Notes: generated from the sequence alone by a model not told the origin. Positions 20,847 through 34,523 are shown, numbered from the stretch's first letter. The stretch is 64,000 nucleotides of DNA from Desulfosudaceae bacterium (GCA_963674745.2 CAXXDV010000001.1:1920001-1984000); one strand, 5' to 3'. Translations and numbers: made by a program.

Positions 20847-23561
20847 ATGCAGCCATTATCCGGGCAATTATGGCACAGCCTTGCAACAGACGAAATTCTT
20901 TCAGCCCTTGAATCTCATGAATCCAAGGGCCTGGCCGAACAGGCGGCTGCTGAACGCGCGGCGCAGTTCGGCCCGAACGAGTTGACCCAGGCCAAAGGGC
21001 AGGGGCCGCTCGTCCGGTTTCTGCTGCAGTTCAAGCAACCCCTGGTGATCATCCTGATGGTAGCCGCCCTGGTTACCCTGCTGCTGGCAGAATATGTCGA
21101 CGCGATCGTGATCTTTGCCGTTGTCCTGGTTAATGCGGTTATCGGTTTTGTTCAGGAGGCCAAGGCCATGAAGGCCATCGAAGCCCTTTCCCATGCCATG
21201 ACCAGCGAAGCCACCGTGGTCCGCGATGGAGAAAAAAAACGGATTGCATCTGGCGGTCTGGTGCCCGGCGATCTGGTCCTGCTTCAATCCGGGGACAAGG
21301 TGCCGGCGGACATGCGGCTGGTTCATTCCCGGGAACTTCAGATCGATGAGAGCGCATTGACCGGCGAAAGTGTGCCGGTTCAGAAAGAGGAGACGGTACT
21401 GGACGCGGACATGGTCATCGGTGACCGGCGGAATATGGCCTATTCTTCGACCCTGGTCACCTACGGCAGCGGCCGGGGCATTGTGGTGGCCACGGGCGAT
21501 GACACCGAGATCGGCCGCATCAACCAGCTTATCGCAGGGGCCGATGTGCTGGAAACCCCCCTGACCCGGAAGATCCACCAGTTCTCAAACATTCTGCTTT
21601 ATGCCATTCTGGCCATGGCGGTGCTGACTTTTGTGATCGGTATGCTGCGCGGCCAGGACCTGGTAGAAATATTCATGGCCTCGGTGGCCCTGGCGGTCGG
21701 CGCCATTCCCGAGGGGCTGCCGGCGGCGATTACCATCACCCTGGCCATCGGCGTGTCCCGTATGGCCCGACGAAATGCGATTATCCGCAAGCTTCCGGCC
21801 GTTGAAACCCTGGGCTCTACCATGGTCATCTGTTCGGACAAAACCGGTACCCTGACCCAGAACCAGATGACGGTCCAGGATATTGTGGCCGGCGGGCCGC
21901 GTTACGCCGTTTCCGGTATCGGGTATGCCGCCGAAGGGGCTGTTGCGCCCGTTGACGGCGCGGTTGAGCCCTCGGCCAACCGTGCTTTAGAAGCGCTTTT
22001 AAAGGCCGGCCTGTTGTGCAACGATTCCAGTTTAAAGAAAAGCGACGGCGGCTGGCGGGTGGAAGGGGACCCCACCGAGGGCGCCCTGATCGTATCTGCC
22101 GTAAAAGCCGGTTACGATCCCCGGTTGCTGGAAAAGGAGATGCCCCGGCTGGATACCATTCCCTTCGAGTCGGCCCGGCAGTATATGGCCACGCTCCACG
22201 ATCAGGGTGAAGGTAAACCCCGGCTGCTTTATGTCAAGGGATCCATTGAAAGTATATGTGTGGAGTGCGCCACCATTTTAGGGCCGGACGGTGAGCCGGA
22301 TGTGCCCGGGCCGAATGCCATTACCGACTGGGTTGAGTCCATGGCCGACAAGGGCCTGCGGGTGCTGGCTTTCGCGCAGAAAGAGATGCCCCCCGGCACC
22401 ACCGGCATTACCCATGCCGACGTGGAAGATGGCATCCATTTTATAGGTCTTCAGGGCATGATCGATCCGCCGCGGCCCGAAGCCATTGAGGCGGTGGCGG
22501 CCTGTCAGGCGGCCGGTATCCGGGTCAAAATGATCACCGGTGACCATGCCGGCACGGCCGGGGCCATTGCCCGCCAGATGGGGTTGTGCGGCGAGACCTG
22601 TTCCTATCACACCCGGGAGGTACTGACCGGTCGTGATTTTGCCGAGATGGACGAAGCGCAATTGATTGAGACGGCGGACAGCACGGCCGTTTTCGCCCGG
22701 GTGTCACCGGAGCAGAAACTGCGGCTGGTCGAGGCCTTGCAGAAACGGGACTATGTGGTGGCCATGACCGGGGACGGCGTCAACGACGCCCCGGCCCTGC
22801 GACAGGCCGATATCGGTGTGGCCATGGGGCTGACCGGTACCGAGGTGTCCAAGGAGTCGGCCGACATGATTCTGACCGACGATAATTTTGCCACCATTAA
22901 GGCCGCCGTGGAAGAAGGCCGGGGTGTTTTCGACAACCTGATCAAATTTATTACATGGACCCTGCCCACCAACGGTGGAGAAGGCCTGGTCATTCTGACC
23001 GCGATTTTGCTGGGCACCCGCTTGCCCATACTGCCCCTGCAAATTTTGTGGATCAATATGACCACGGCCCTGCTGCTGGGTCTGATGCTGGCTTTTGAAC
23101 CAAAAGAGGCGGGGATCATGCAGCGATCACCACGGGATCCGTCCATGCCGATCCTGACGGCGCCTTTGATCACGCGGATTGTGATGGTCAGCCTGCTGCT
23201 GGTGATCGGGGCTTTCGGCCTGTTCAAGCTCGAATTGCTGCTGATGGGCGATAACGAGGCCCTGGCCCGGACCCTGGCCGTTAACGTGTTTGTGTTCGGG
23301 GAAATGTTTTACCTGTTTAACTGCCGCTCCATGACCCTTCCGGTCTGGTCCCTGGGACTGTTCAGCAATCCGTTGCTCTGGGCCGGTGTGGCCGTCATGA
23401 CCCTGCTGCAGTTGCTTTATACCTACCTGCCGGTGTTCAACACCGTCTTCCAGAGCGCGCCCATGGGGCTTAAAGAATGGGGCATGGTCCTGACCAGCAG
23501 CCTGACCATCTTTGTGGTGGTGGAAATTGAAAAACGGATCAGCCGCAGGCGGTTGTGTTGA
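20847..23561 (+). CDS. Cation-transporting P-type ATPase (type II, Ca2+/Na+-like)
   Basis: LTGES, IPEGLP, CSDKTGTLT, MITGD, TGDGVNDAPAL, LWIN motifs. Confidence 0.95.
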   Translation: MQPLSGQLWHSLATDEILSALESHESKGLAEQAAAERAAQFGPNELTQAKGQGPLVRFLLQFKQPLVIILMVAALVTLLLAEYVDAIVIFAVVLVNAVIGFVQEAKAMKAIEALSHAMTSEATVVRDGEKKRIASGGLVPGDLVLLQSGDKVPADMRLVHSRELQIDESALTGESVPVQKEETVLDADMVIGDRRNMAYSSTLVTYGSGRGIVVATGDDTEIGRINQLIAGADVLETPLTRKIHQFSNILLYAILAMAVLTFVIGMLRGQDLVEIFMASVALAVGAIPEGLPAAITITLAIGVSRMARRNAIIRKLPAVETLGSTMVICSDKTGTLTQNQMTVQDIVAGGPRYAVSGIGYAAEGAVAPVDGAVEPSANRALEALLKAGLLCNDSSLKKSDGGWRVEGDPTEGALIVSAVKAGYDPRLLEKEMPRLDTIPFESARQYMATLHDQGEGKPRLLYVKGSIESICVECATILGPDGEPDVPGPNAITDWVESMADKGLRVLAFAQKEMPPGTTGITHADVEDGIHFIGLQGMIDPPRPEAIEAVAACQAAGIRVKMITGDHAGTAGAIARQMGLCGETCSYHTREVLTGRDFAEMDEAQLIETADSTAVFARVSPEQKLRLVEALQKRDYVVAMTGDGVNDAPALRQADIGVAMGLTGTEVSKESADMILTDDNFATIKAAVEEGRGVFDNLIKFITWTLPTNGGEGLVILTAILLGTRLPILPLQILWINMTTALLLGLMLAFEPKEAGIMQRSPRDPSMPILTAPLITRIVMVSLLLVIGAFGLFKLELLLMGDNEALARTLAVNVFVFGEMFYLFNCRSMTLPVWSLGLFSNPLLWAGVAVMTLLQLLYTYLPVFNTVFQSAPMGLKEWGMVLTSSLTIFVVVEIEKRISRRRLC

Positions 23562-23655
23562 ATAATGGTGCCGGGCCTATTTCTTCCTTAATTATGTTTT
23601 TAATTCATTTAAAAGCTGATGGACAACGTAATTGATAAAAACTCGGTAACAAGAA

Positions 23656-24357
23656 ATGAAGATTGATGTTTATTGTGATGAGGCCTATCCCGACCTGCTT
23701 TCCTCAGAAAAGCCCCAGGCCAGATTTATGCTTATCGGCAGCCTTTGGCTTCAGCAGGACAACCGAGAAACGTATAAGAATGCCATTCACGATTTAAGGG
23801 ACCAGTATCTAATTGGGGGAGAGTTCAAGTGGCGGAAGGTGTCTCCTTCAAAACTGAAATTCTATGAAGCCCTTATCGCATGGTTTTGTAACCAGAAAAA
23901 AGACCTGCGGTTTAGGTGTATTGCAATAGATTATTCCCAGATTGACCTGATGACCTTTCATGACAATGATCAGGAGCTTGGTTTTTATAAATTTTATTAT
24001 CAGATGCTTCATCATTGGGTTCATGATTTTAATGAATATAACCTGTTTTGTGATTTTAAGCGCAACAGGAAACGAGACAGGCTCCATGTGCTAAAACGCT
24101 GTCTTAAATACGCTAACCTTTCATCAACCATCCAGACGGTTCAGGCGGTCAGATCAAAAGAATCGATTTTAATACAACTGACGGATGTACTACTGGGTAT
24201 TGCCTCAGCCCGGTTAAACCAAGGCACCAATACCAGTCCGGCCAAGTTGATGCTGGTTGAGCATTTAGAAACACAGTTAGGGCGAAAGATTACGTCCACC
24301 TCGCTTGATGAAAAAAAGTTCAATGTTTTTAAGATGAACCTGAAGGGGGGCTGGTAA
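23656..24357 (+). CDS. DUF3800 family protein (RNase H-like fold)
   Basis: N-terminal VYCDE, EFKW, NLFCD and C-terminal SKESILIQLTD.. match the D-E...QxxD pattern of DUF3800 proteins; AT-richer than its neighbours. Confidence 0.85.
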   Translation: MKIDVYCDEAYPDLLSSEKPQARFMLIGSLWLQQDNRETYKNAIHDLRDQYLIGGEFKWRKVSPSKLKFYEALIAWFCNQKKDLRFRCIAIDYSQIDLMTFHDNDQELGFYKFYYQMLHHWVHDFNEYNLFCDFKRNRKRDRLHVLKRCLKYANLSSTIQTVQAVRSKESILIQLTDVLLGIASARLNQGTNTSPAKLMLVEHLETQLGRKITSTSLDEKKFNVFKMNLKGGW

Positions 24358-24792
24358 ATGCCTTACCCCCCGCTGGTGACCTATAATACGGAACAGGAAT
24401 ACCGACTTCATTTTGAAAAAAAATATTGCAAAGGGCCTGTCATTACTTTTGATGAAATTTTTGTACGTTTTAAAAAGCAGGATTTTGATCATGCCTTTTT
24501 TGAATCTGTTGGCAAAAAAGATGACACCTTCTCGCATACACGCGCCAAAAGGATTGATTGGATAAAAGCCGCTTTGGAAGACCCGGCCAGTGAGTTGTAT
24601 GTCGGCTGGAACAATAAGAAAAAAAGACATGACCGCGGCAGACGGGTTGCCGTGGTCATGTCAAACTATGTGGTTGTCATCAGTATCAGTAAAAAGTTCA
24701 AAGGCAGGTTTATTACGGCTTTTCTGGCTGACTCCGGCCGGACATTGCGGATGATTCGCGGCAACCCTAAATGGATAAAAAAAAACCGCTGA
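24358..24792 (+). CDS. Small basic hypothetical protein, RelE/PBECR-like nuclease fold suspected
   Basis: ATG directly follows the DUF3800 stop (TAA-ATG) with a G-rich RBS; motifs FDHAF, RAKRIDWIKAALEDP, YVVVI, FITAF. Confidence 0.7.
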   Translation: MPYPPLVTYNTEQEYRLHFEKKYCKGPVITFDEIFVRFKKQDFDHAFFESVGKKDDTFSHTRAKRIDWIKAALEDPASELYVGWNNKKKRHDRGRRVAVVMSNYVVVISISKKFKGRFITAFLADSGRTLRMIRGNPKWIKKNR

Positions 24793-24852
24793 TTCGCCAG
24801 GCTGGCTCAGCGGAGGCCTTTATAGATTCTGCTGCCACTGGCAGAGAATAAT
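24777..24852 (-). ncRNA. Candidate ~75-nt small RNA convergent with the DUF3800 cassette
   Basis: Minus-strand RNA: AUUCU-CUGCC AGU GGCAG-C-AGAAU hairpin, 12-nt linker, CCGCUGA-GCCA GCC UGGC-GAA-UCAGCGG hairpin, then U9; own consensus promoter immediately upstream. Confidence 0.7.
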
Positions 24853-24857
24853 AATTA

Positions 24858-24885
24858 ATTATATGTTCTTTGGCTGGTATGTCAA
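24858..24885 (-). promoter_or_regulatory. sigma70 promoter driving the candidate sRNA
   Basis: Minus-strand perfect TTGACA (24885-24880), 16-nt spacer, perfect TATAAT (24863-24858); no credible coding ORF downstream on that strand. Confidence 0.75.
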
Positions 24886-25194
24886 TATTTAATTTTATCT
24901 TATTTTGGGCACCGGATAATAGAGCGGTTACAATTCGGGAAAAAATACCGGCATATGTAAAAGACAGGGCCGTCTACCCTGAAACCAACTCACAAGAGAT
25001 CCTTGTCGGTTCGATGGGGAAAAATCAGGACTCAGTTGTAAAGAAAATCTTTACAACTGCCTAAAGGCAATTCCGAACGAAAAAACAAACAGCTTAAGAA
25101 ATTAGGCAGTTTGAATTTTTTAAAACACTGTCCGATGGGGTTGCCAAGGAATTTCTAATGGTTAGGTTCCCTAACCACAGAATCACATAATCAA

Positions 25195-26052
25195 TTAATC
25201 ACCAAGTCTTTGTCGTATCCAGTCGGCCACGGTTTCAAGGACGACTTCCCGGTCCTGGGGCAGTTCGTTCATGGTTTCATGATAGAGGCCGCCGAACAGC
25301 TTTAAGGTTTTGTCGGCGCCTTTCACTTTTTCAAAGAATCGGCGGCTGCCTTCGGGCGAGACCATTTTGTCTTCGGTTCCCTGTGTCACCAGCAGCGGCA
25401 GGGTCAGTTCACCTGCCCGGGCCAGGCATGCTTCGGCCGTCTCCTGAAACGATACGAACCAGCGCGTGGATACCCGGTCGTGGACCAGGGGGTCGTCCTG
25501 GTAGGCACGGACGGTCTGGGGATCGTGGGACAGGTCATCGGCATCCAGTTTGTTGCTCTGGGTCAGGCGGGGCAGGATGCGGGAAACGATCCTGGCGGCG
25601 GCGGCCTGAATGGCTGGTACCGGGACGCCCGGCACAAAAGCCGGGGCGGACAGGACCAGGGCGGAAATTTCCTGCTGGTGGGTCAGGGCGAACAGGGCGG
25701 CGATCAGGCCGCCCATGCTGTGACCCAGGCAGATCAGGGGCAGACCGGGTGCTTCCTTTTTGACGATCTCGTCAAGGTATTGCTTGATGTCGGCCACGTA
25801 GTCGGCAAAGTCGTTGACATGGCCCCGGGTGCCGCCGGACCGGCCGTGGCCCTGATGGTCAAGGGAAAAAAAGCTGATCCGGTCGTCGGCCATGGCTTCG
25901 AGCAGGTGGCCGTAACGGCCCGAATGTTCACCCAGGCCGTGGGCGATGATCATTGCCGCGCGGGGGTCGTCCACCGTCCAGCGCTGATGGAAAATGTCAA
26001 GGCCGTCTTTGTTGGTGAAGGTGCCGGTGGTGTGGTTGCAGGCAGGCATCAT
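25195..26052 (-). CDS. Alpha/beta hydrolase, lysophospholipase/monoglyceride lipase family
   Basis: HGLGEHSGRY, DHQGHGRSGG, GHSMGG nucleophile elbow, GTEDKMV, YHETMNE. Confidence 0.93.
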   Translation of the reverse strand: MMPACNHTTGTFTNKDGLDIFHQRWTVDDPRAAMIIAHGLGEHSGRYGHLLEAMADDRISFFSLDHQGHGRSGGTRGHVNDFADYVADIKQYLDEIVKKEAPGLPLICLGHSMGGLIAALFALTHQQEISALVLSAPAFVPGVPVPAIQAAAARIVSRILPRLTQSNKLDADDLSHDPQTVRAYQDDPLVHDRVSTRWFVSFQETAEACLARAGELTLPLLVTQGTEDKMVSPEGSRRFFEKVKGADKTLKLFGGLYHETMNELPQDREVVLETVADWIRQRLGD

Positions 26053-26101
26053 TGACCCCCTCTATAAATTTTAAAATGTTTTTACTCAATATGTCGACGA
26101 A

Positions 26102-26190
26102 CAGGGTTCAAGGATTCAAGGGGCCAAGGGGTCAAGTAAACTACAATAACAAGCCCTTGAACCCTCGACACCTTGAATCCTTGAACCCTG
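26102..26190. repeat. Octamer-repeat palindromic element, copy A
   Basis: CAGGGTTCAAGGATTCAAGG.. is perfectly complementary over 20 bp to ..CCTTGAATCCTTGAACCCTG; built of ~8-nt CCCTTGAA-like units. Confidence 0.8.
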
Positions 26191-26237
26191 CATACCCACC
26201 AGATTGGAGGAGATCCATATTATTGTGTTGGAACAAT

Positions 26238-27545
26238 TTATGAAATGTCATTGACCCCTTTTAATATGGTATCGAACAGCAGCTCCACGTCTTTTTCCCT
26301 GATGCAGGAAAAGGCCACCCGCAGGTCATGGTCGCCGATGGAAATCAGTCCCACGCCGTATTTGTTTAGCAGGTGAACCCGCAGTTTTTCGGCATTGACG
26401 TTTTTTAAACGGATGCACATGAAATACCCGGAGTTAAAGGGATAAACATCCCAGGCGCCGGCGTATTTGGGATCGTAAACCACTTCCTTTACACGGGTCG
26501 CCCGTCGCTTCAATATGTCGAACTTTTCTTTTTTCTCCGCCTGATAGGCATCGCTTTGCAGGGATTTTAAGGTGATGGTCTGGCTCAGGTGGGAGGCGTT
26601 GGAGATATTGCCCCGGATACAGCCGGCGGTTTTTTTCTCCAGGGCGTCGAAAATGCCGGCCAGGTCCTTTTCAGCCGCACATCCGTAGGTAATGAAGCCC
26701 ACCCGCAGGCCCCAGACATAGTTCTCCTTGGTGGCCCCGTCCAGCTTGATCGGCAGCAGCCGGGGATGGCGGCCGCAGATTTTAGCAAACAGGGATTCTT
26801 TCATGACCTCATCTTCGTAAAAAAGGCCGAAATAAGCGTCATCACACACGGCGATGACGTTGGCGCCGTTTTCGGCAATGCCGGTCAGGATGTCGGCCAG
26901 GGCCTGGCCCTCTTTTTCCGTGGCGCTGTAGCCGGTGGGGTTCTGGGGGAAATTCAACAGCACGATCAGCTTGCCGTTCTGTTGGGCCAGTTCTTTGGCT
27001 TTGGCCTCAAATCCTTCCAGGTTGAAGCCGCCCTGGTCATTGAACAGGGGGAAATGGGCAATGTTGACCCCTTTGCGAACCGACAGGATCATGTTGTAAT
27101 TGCCCCACATCATATCCGGCAGCAGGACCGTGTCACCGGGATCGGTCCAGACATCGGCGAAAATGCTGATGGCGTGGGTGATGCCGCAGGTGACCACCGG
27201 CAGGCTGATCTCCTTGTCCGCCAGGCCCGGGTTTTTGACGCGTAATTCCGCCTGCCACTTTTTTCTTAAACCCGGGATGCCGAACGAGGGGGCATAGGTC
27301 AGGGACTCGGAGGCTTCCAGACCTTCGATCAGGCCCATGACCGAAGGAAAATGCATGATTTCGTCCCCTTCCTTGGCAATGCCGATGGTGGCATTGATGG
27401 TGTGGGCCTTTTCTTTGGCTTCCGCGCTCTGGCTTAAAATACCTTTGGGAAAAAACAGTTTGCGGCCGATATCAGACAGCATTTCAAACAGGTATGGGTT
27501 GCCGGCCTCAATGACGGCGTTGAGTTCTTTGGCGATCGGGTTCAT
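26238..27545 (-). CDS. Aminotransferase class I/II (aspartate aminotransferase-like)
   Basis: NATIG, LNFPQNPTGY, CDDAY, DGATKE..WGLRVG (PLP Lys), LRVAFS. Confidence 0.93.
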   Translation of the reverse strand: MNPIAKELNAVIEAGNPYLFEMLSDIGRKLFFPKGILSQSAEAKEKAHTINATIGIAKEGDEIMHFPSVMGLIEGLEASESLTYAPSFGIPGLRKKWQAELRVKNPGLADKEISLPVVTCGITHAISIFADVWTDPGDTVLLPDMMWGNYNMILSVRKGVNIAHFPLFNDQGGFNLEGFEAKAKELAQQNGKLIVLLNFPQNPTGYSATEKEGQALADILTGIAENGANVIAVCDDAYFGLFYEDEVMKESLFAKICGRHPRLLPIKLDGATKENYVWGLRVGFITYGCAAEKDLAGIFDALEKKTAGCIRGNISNASHLSQTITLKSLQSDAYQAEKKEKFDILKRRATRVKEVVYDPKYAGAWDVYPFNSGYFMCIRLKNVNAEKLRVHLLNKYGVGLISIGDHDLRVAFSCIREKDVELLFDTILKGVNDIS

Positions 27546-27697
27546 CGTAAATCCTTTCTGCTATATTAAATTTTATCAATCGGAAAATCGGTAGAGGATT
27601 TCTACAAGACGGTTGTTTCCGGCATTTTGATAAAATACAGACTGTTGATTAAAAATCAAAGCATTTTTTGCCGAAAATTTAAAAAAGGCCCTTTCCA

Positions 27698-27743
27698 CCC
27701 CTCGAACCCTTGACCCCTTGACCCCTTGAATCCTCGAACCCTT
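27698..27743. repeat. Octamer-repeat element, copy B (single arm)
   Basis: CCCTCGAA-CCCTTGAC-CCCTTGAC-CCCTTGAA-TCCTCGAA-CCCTT tandem units. Confidence 0.75.
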
Positions 27744-28022
27744 TCGGCGTTGGGTGTCGAGAAAGATCAACCACCTGAAACGGCATTTGCCATGAAGTTT
27801 TTATTTTTTCCACAAAGAAAATGTTTGCACCAAATTTCAATATCATGATATTTTATTTGGCCAGCCTGGATCATCGAATTTCATCATCCCCGATGTTACG
27901 CAACAACGGCGTTACGCAACAATGGCTGATAAGAAACGGCGCTTCTGTGCCCTGCCTTCAGGGGAAGGATGTGGCCATACGGTTGATCCGGATAATATTA
28001 ATAATATGGAGCAGTTATACAT

Positions 28023-32388
<4,366 letters not shown>

Positions 32389-32621
32389 AACAATCTCGAC
32401 GCTTTTTGTTTTTTCGGTCAATTGCTAAAGGGGCGGGTTTTTATTTGAAACCCGTCAATTTCCCGACACGAAAACAATTCCTGCGGTGCTGAAGATTTTT
32501 TTGGGGTTGAAGTTTTTCCCGATTCAGTCAACTATATGTGTTTAAAAAGACTGTTATTACTTTCGGAGCGGGCGGGTATGTCACCCGGCATGCTTAATTT
32601 TAAACACGGGATTCATGGTAG

Positions 32622-34523
32622 ATGGACAATCAGGGCCGGAATCAGCCAGGGCAAAAAAGAAAGTGGATATTCACCCTCAGGTTCAAGGTGATGTTGATCT
32701 TTCTGCTACTGACCCTTGCGCCGGTGCTGATTATCGGTTATTTTTCCTTTCATTTTTCCGAAGAACTCATTGTCAGCATGGTGGTGCGCCAGCTTGAAAA
32801 CGTGGCCAAGGACAAGACGGTGCTTCTGGAGGGCTGGCTGAAAGAACGCGTCGCCGATGTTTCCATGGTGGCCGAAACGTCTCTGGTCCGATCAATGGAT
32901 GAGGACCGCATTCGATCGTATCTTGATCTGATTCGTGAAAAATATGGTGTATACAAAAGCCTGGCTGTTGTTTCTGCCTCCGGCCGGGTCGTGGCCGCAA
33001 GCCCGCGACAACAGGCGTATCCGCAAGGTGCTGTTGATGACTTATATCGGGTGCGGAAAAATCTTTTCATCTCGGATATCACCTATGCGGTTGAAGAAAA
33101 GGAGTCATCCTTTTTTATTGCAGTTCCTGTCATCGGAGCCGACGGTCAATTGGCGGGAACGGTTTACGGGAAGATAGGCACGGAAAAAATTATTTTATTC
33201 ATTCTTAATGTTTCTCTGGGCACTACCGGAGAATGTTATCTTGTGGACCGGGACGGTCGCTTTCTGGCCCATCGGGATCCGTACCGAATACTGACGGAAA
33301 ACATCTCCAAGTCCGACAGCTTTCGCAATATTTTTCAAAAAACAGATCGGAAAAGCACTTATCGCGATTATCGGGGCATCGAGGTGCTGGGCGCATCCCT
33401 TCAGGTCGGGGACACGGACTGGTATATCGTCGTGGAACAGGACCGGGCCGAGGCGATGGCCGCTGCGGATAAGCTCAGACACGTGATTTATCTGACCCTG
33501 CTGTTATTTATAATCAGCGCCCTGATGCTGACCTCGATGATCGCCTATCATATTGTTGCCCCCATTCGTAAGCTCAGCCGATACGCCGGACAGATTGCAG
33601 ATTCCCGGTTTGAAAGGCCCGTCAAAAAAATTGATCGCAGTGATGAGATCGGCATGCTGTTTGAGGCGCTGACGGACATGGCCGAAAGGCTTCAGGAACG
33701 GCATACCCGCTTGAAAGAGCAAGTCGGGCAACGGGAGGCGGCGCTCAAGGAAGCCGATCTGATCCTTCAAAAAACCCGGTTGATTGCCGAACGTTCTGAA
33801 AAATTCGCTGCCATGGGCCAGATGGGCGCTGCCGTCGCCCACGAAATCCGCACACCGCTCACCTCCATCAAATTGTTTCTTGAATCTGTTCAGTCGGAAA
33901 TCGATATCTCCCCGGAATATGAAGAAGATTTTAACATAGCCATGAATCAGATCGGCCGAATTGAGGCCACCATCAACCGTTTTCTGGACTTTGCCAAGCC
34001 CCAGGAATTGCAGTTTTCGGAGATTGAGTTAAACCCGTTTATTACCGATCTGCTGATCATGGTCCGGCCCCAGGTCAACCGCCAGGAATGTGTGTTGATG
34101 GTTGACCTGGCCGAAGATTTGCCCGTTATCAATGGTGATCGGCGGTTGCTGGCCGAGGCACTGATCAACCTGCTGGTCAATGCCCTGGATGCCATGCCGA
34201 AATGCGGGACCCTGACTGTAACTGCGGTGCGAGATATTTTTGCGGTGACCGGTCGGGACATTCCCTGTGTACGGATTGATATCGCAGATACCGGTTACGG
34301 TATCGTCGACGACCAGATGGAAAATATTTTTAAACCGTTTTTCACCACCAAGGCGACGGGGACCGGTCTGGGACTGTCCCTGGTGCTAAACACGATCCGC
34401 AGTCACGGGGGCGTGATCCAGGTGAAAAGCGCTATCAATAAGGGCACGGTGTTTTCTGTTTTTATGCCTGTTTCCACGGATGCGCCGCTGGATGAATTAA
34501 ATGGAAAAGATATTACTGATTGA
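32622..34523 (+). CDS. Membrane sensor histidine kinase (dCache, HAMP, HisKA, HATPase)
   Basis: Two TM helices around a periplasmic Cache-like region (YLVDRDGRFLAH), HAMP (DEIGML), H-box AHEIRTPL, N/G/F boxes. Confidence 0.95.
   Translation: MDNQGRNQPGQKRKWIFTLRFKVMLIFLLLTLAPVLIIGYFSFHFSEELIVSMVVRQLENVAKDKTVLLEGWLKERVADVSMVAETSLVRSMDEDRIRSYLDLIREKYGVYKSLAVVSASGRVVAASPRQQAYPQGAVDDLYRVRKNLFISDITYAVEEKESSFFIAVPVIGADGQLAGTVYGKIGTEKIILFILNVSLGTTGECYLVDRDGRFLAHRDPYRILTENISKSDSFRNIFQKTDRKSTYRDYRGIEVLGASLQVGDTDWYIVVEQDRAEAMAAADKLRHVIYLTLLLFIISALMLTSMIAYHIVAPIRKLSRYAGQIADSRFERPVKKIDRSDEIGMLFEALTDMAERLQERHTRLKEQVGQREAALKEADLILQKTRLIAERSEKFAAMGQMGAAVAHEIRTPLTSIKLFLESVQSEIDISPEYEEDFNIAMNQIGRIEATINRFLDFAKPQELQFSEIELNPFITDLLIMVRPQVNRQECVLMVDLAEDLPVINGDRRLLAEALINLLVNALDAMPKCGTLTVTAVRDIFAVTGRDIPCVRIDIADTGYGIVDDQMENIFKPFFTTKATGTGLGLSLVLNTIRSHGGVIQVKSAINKGTVFSVFMPVSTDAPLDELNGKDITD

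Noticed and set aside
24870..25064. 64-aa ORF downstream of the DUF3800 cassette as a third protein gene
   Set aside because: TTG start inside the antisense promoter, no RBS, no motif; likely spurious.
26102..27743. CRISPR array from the CCCTTGAA-type repeats
   Set aside because: Units are ~8 nt, contiguous and degenerate, with no unique spacers; no cas genes in the window.
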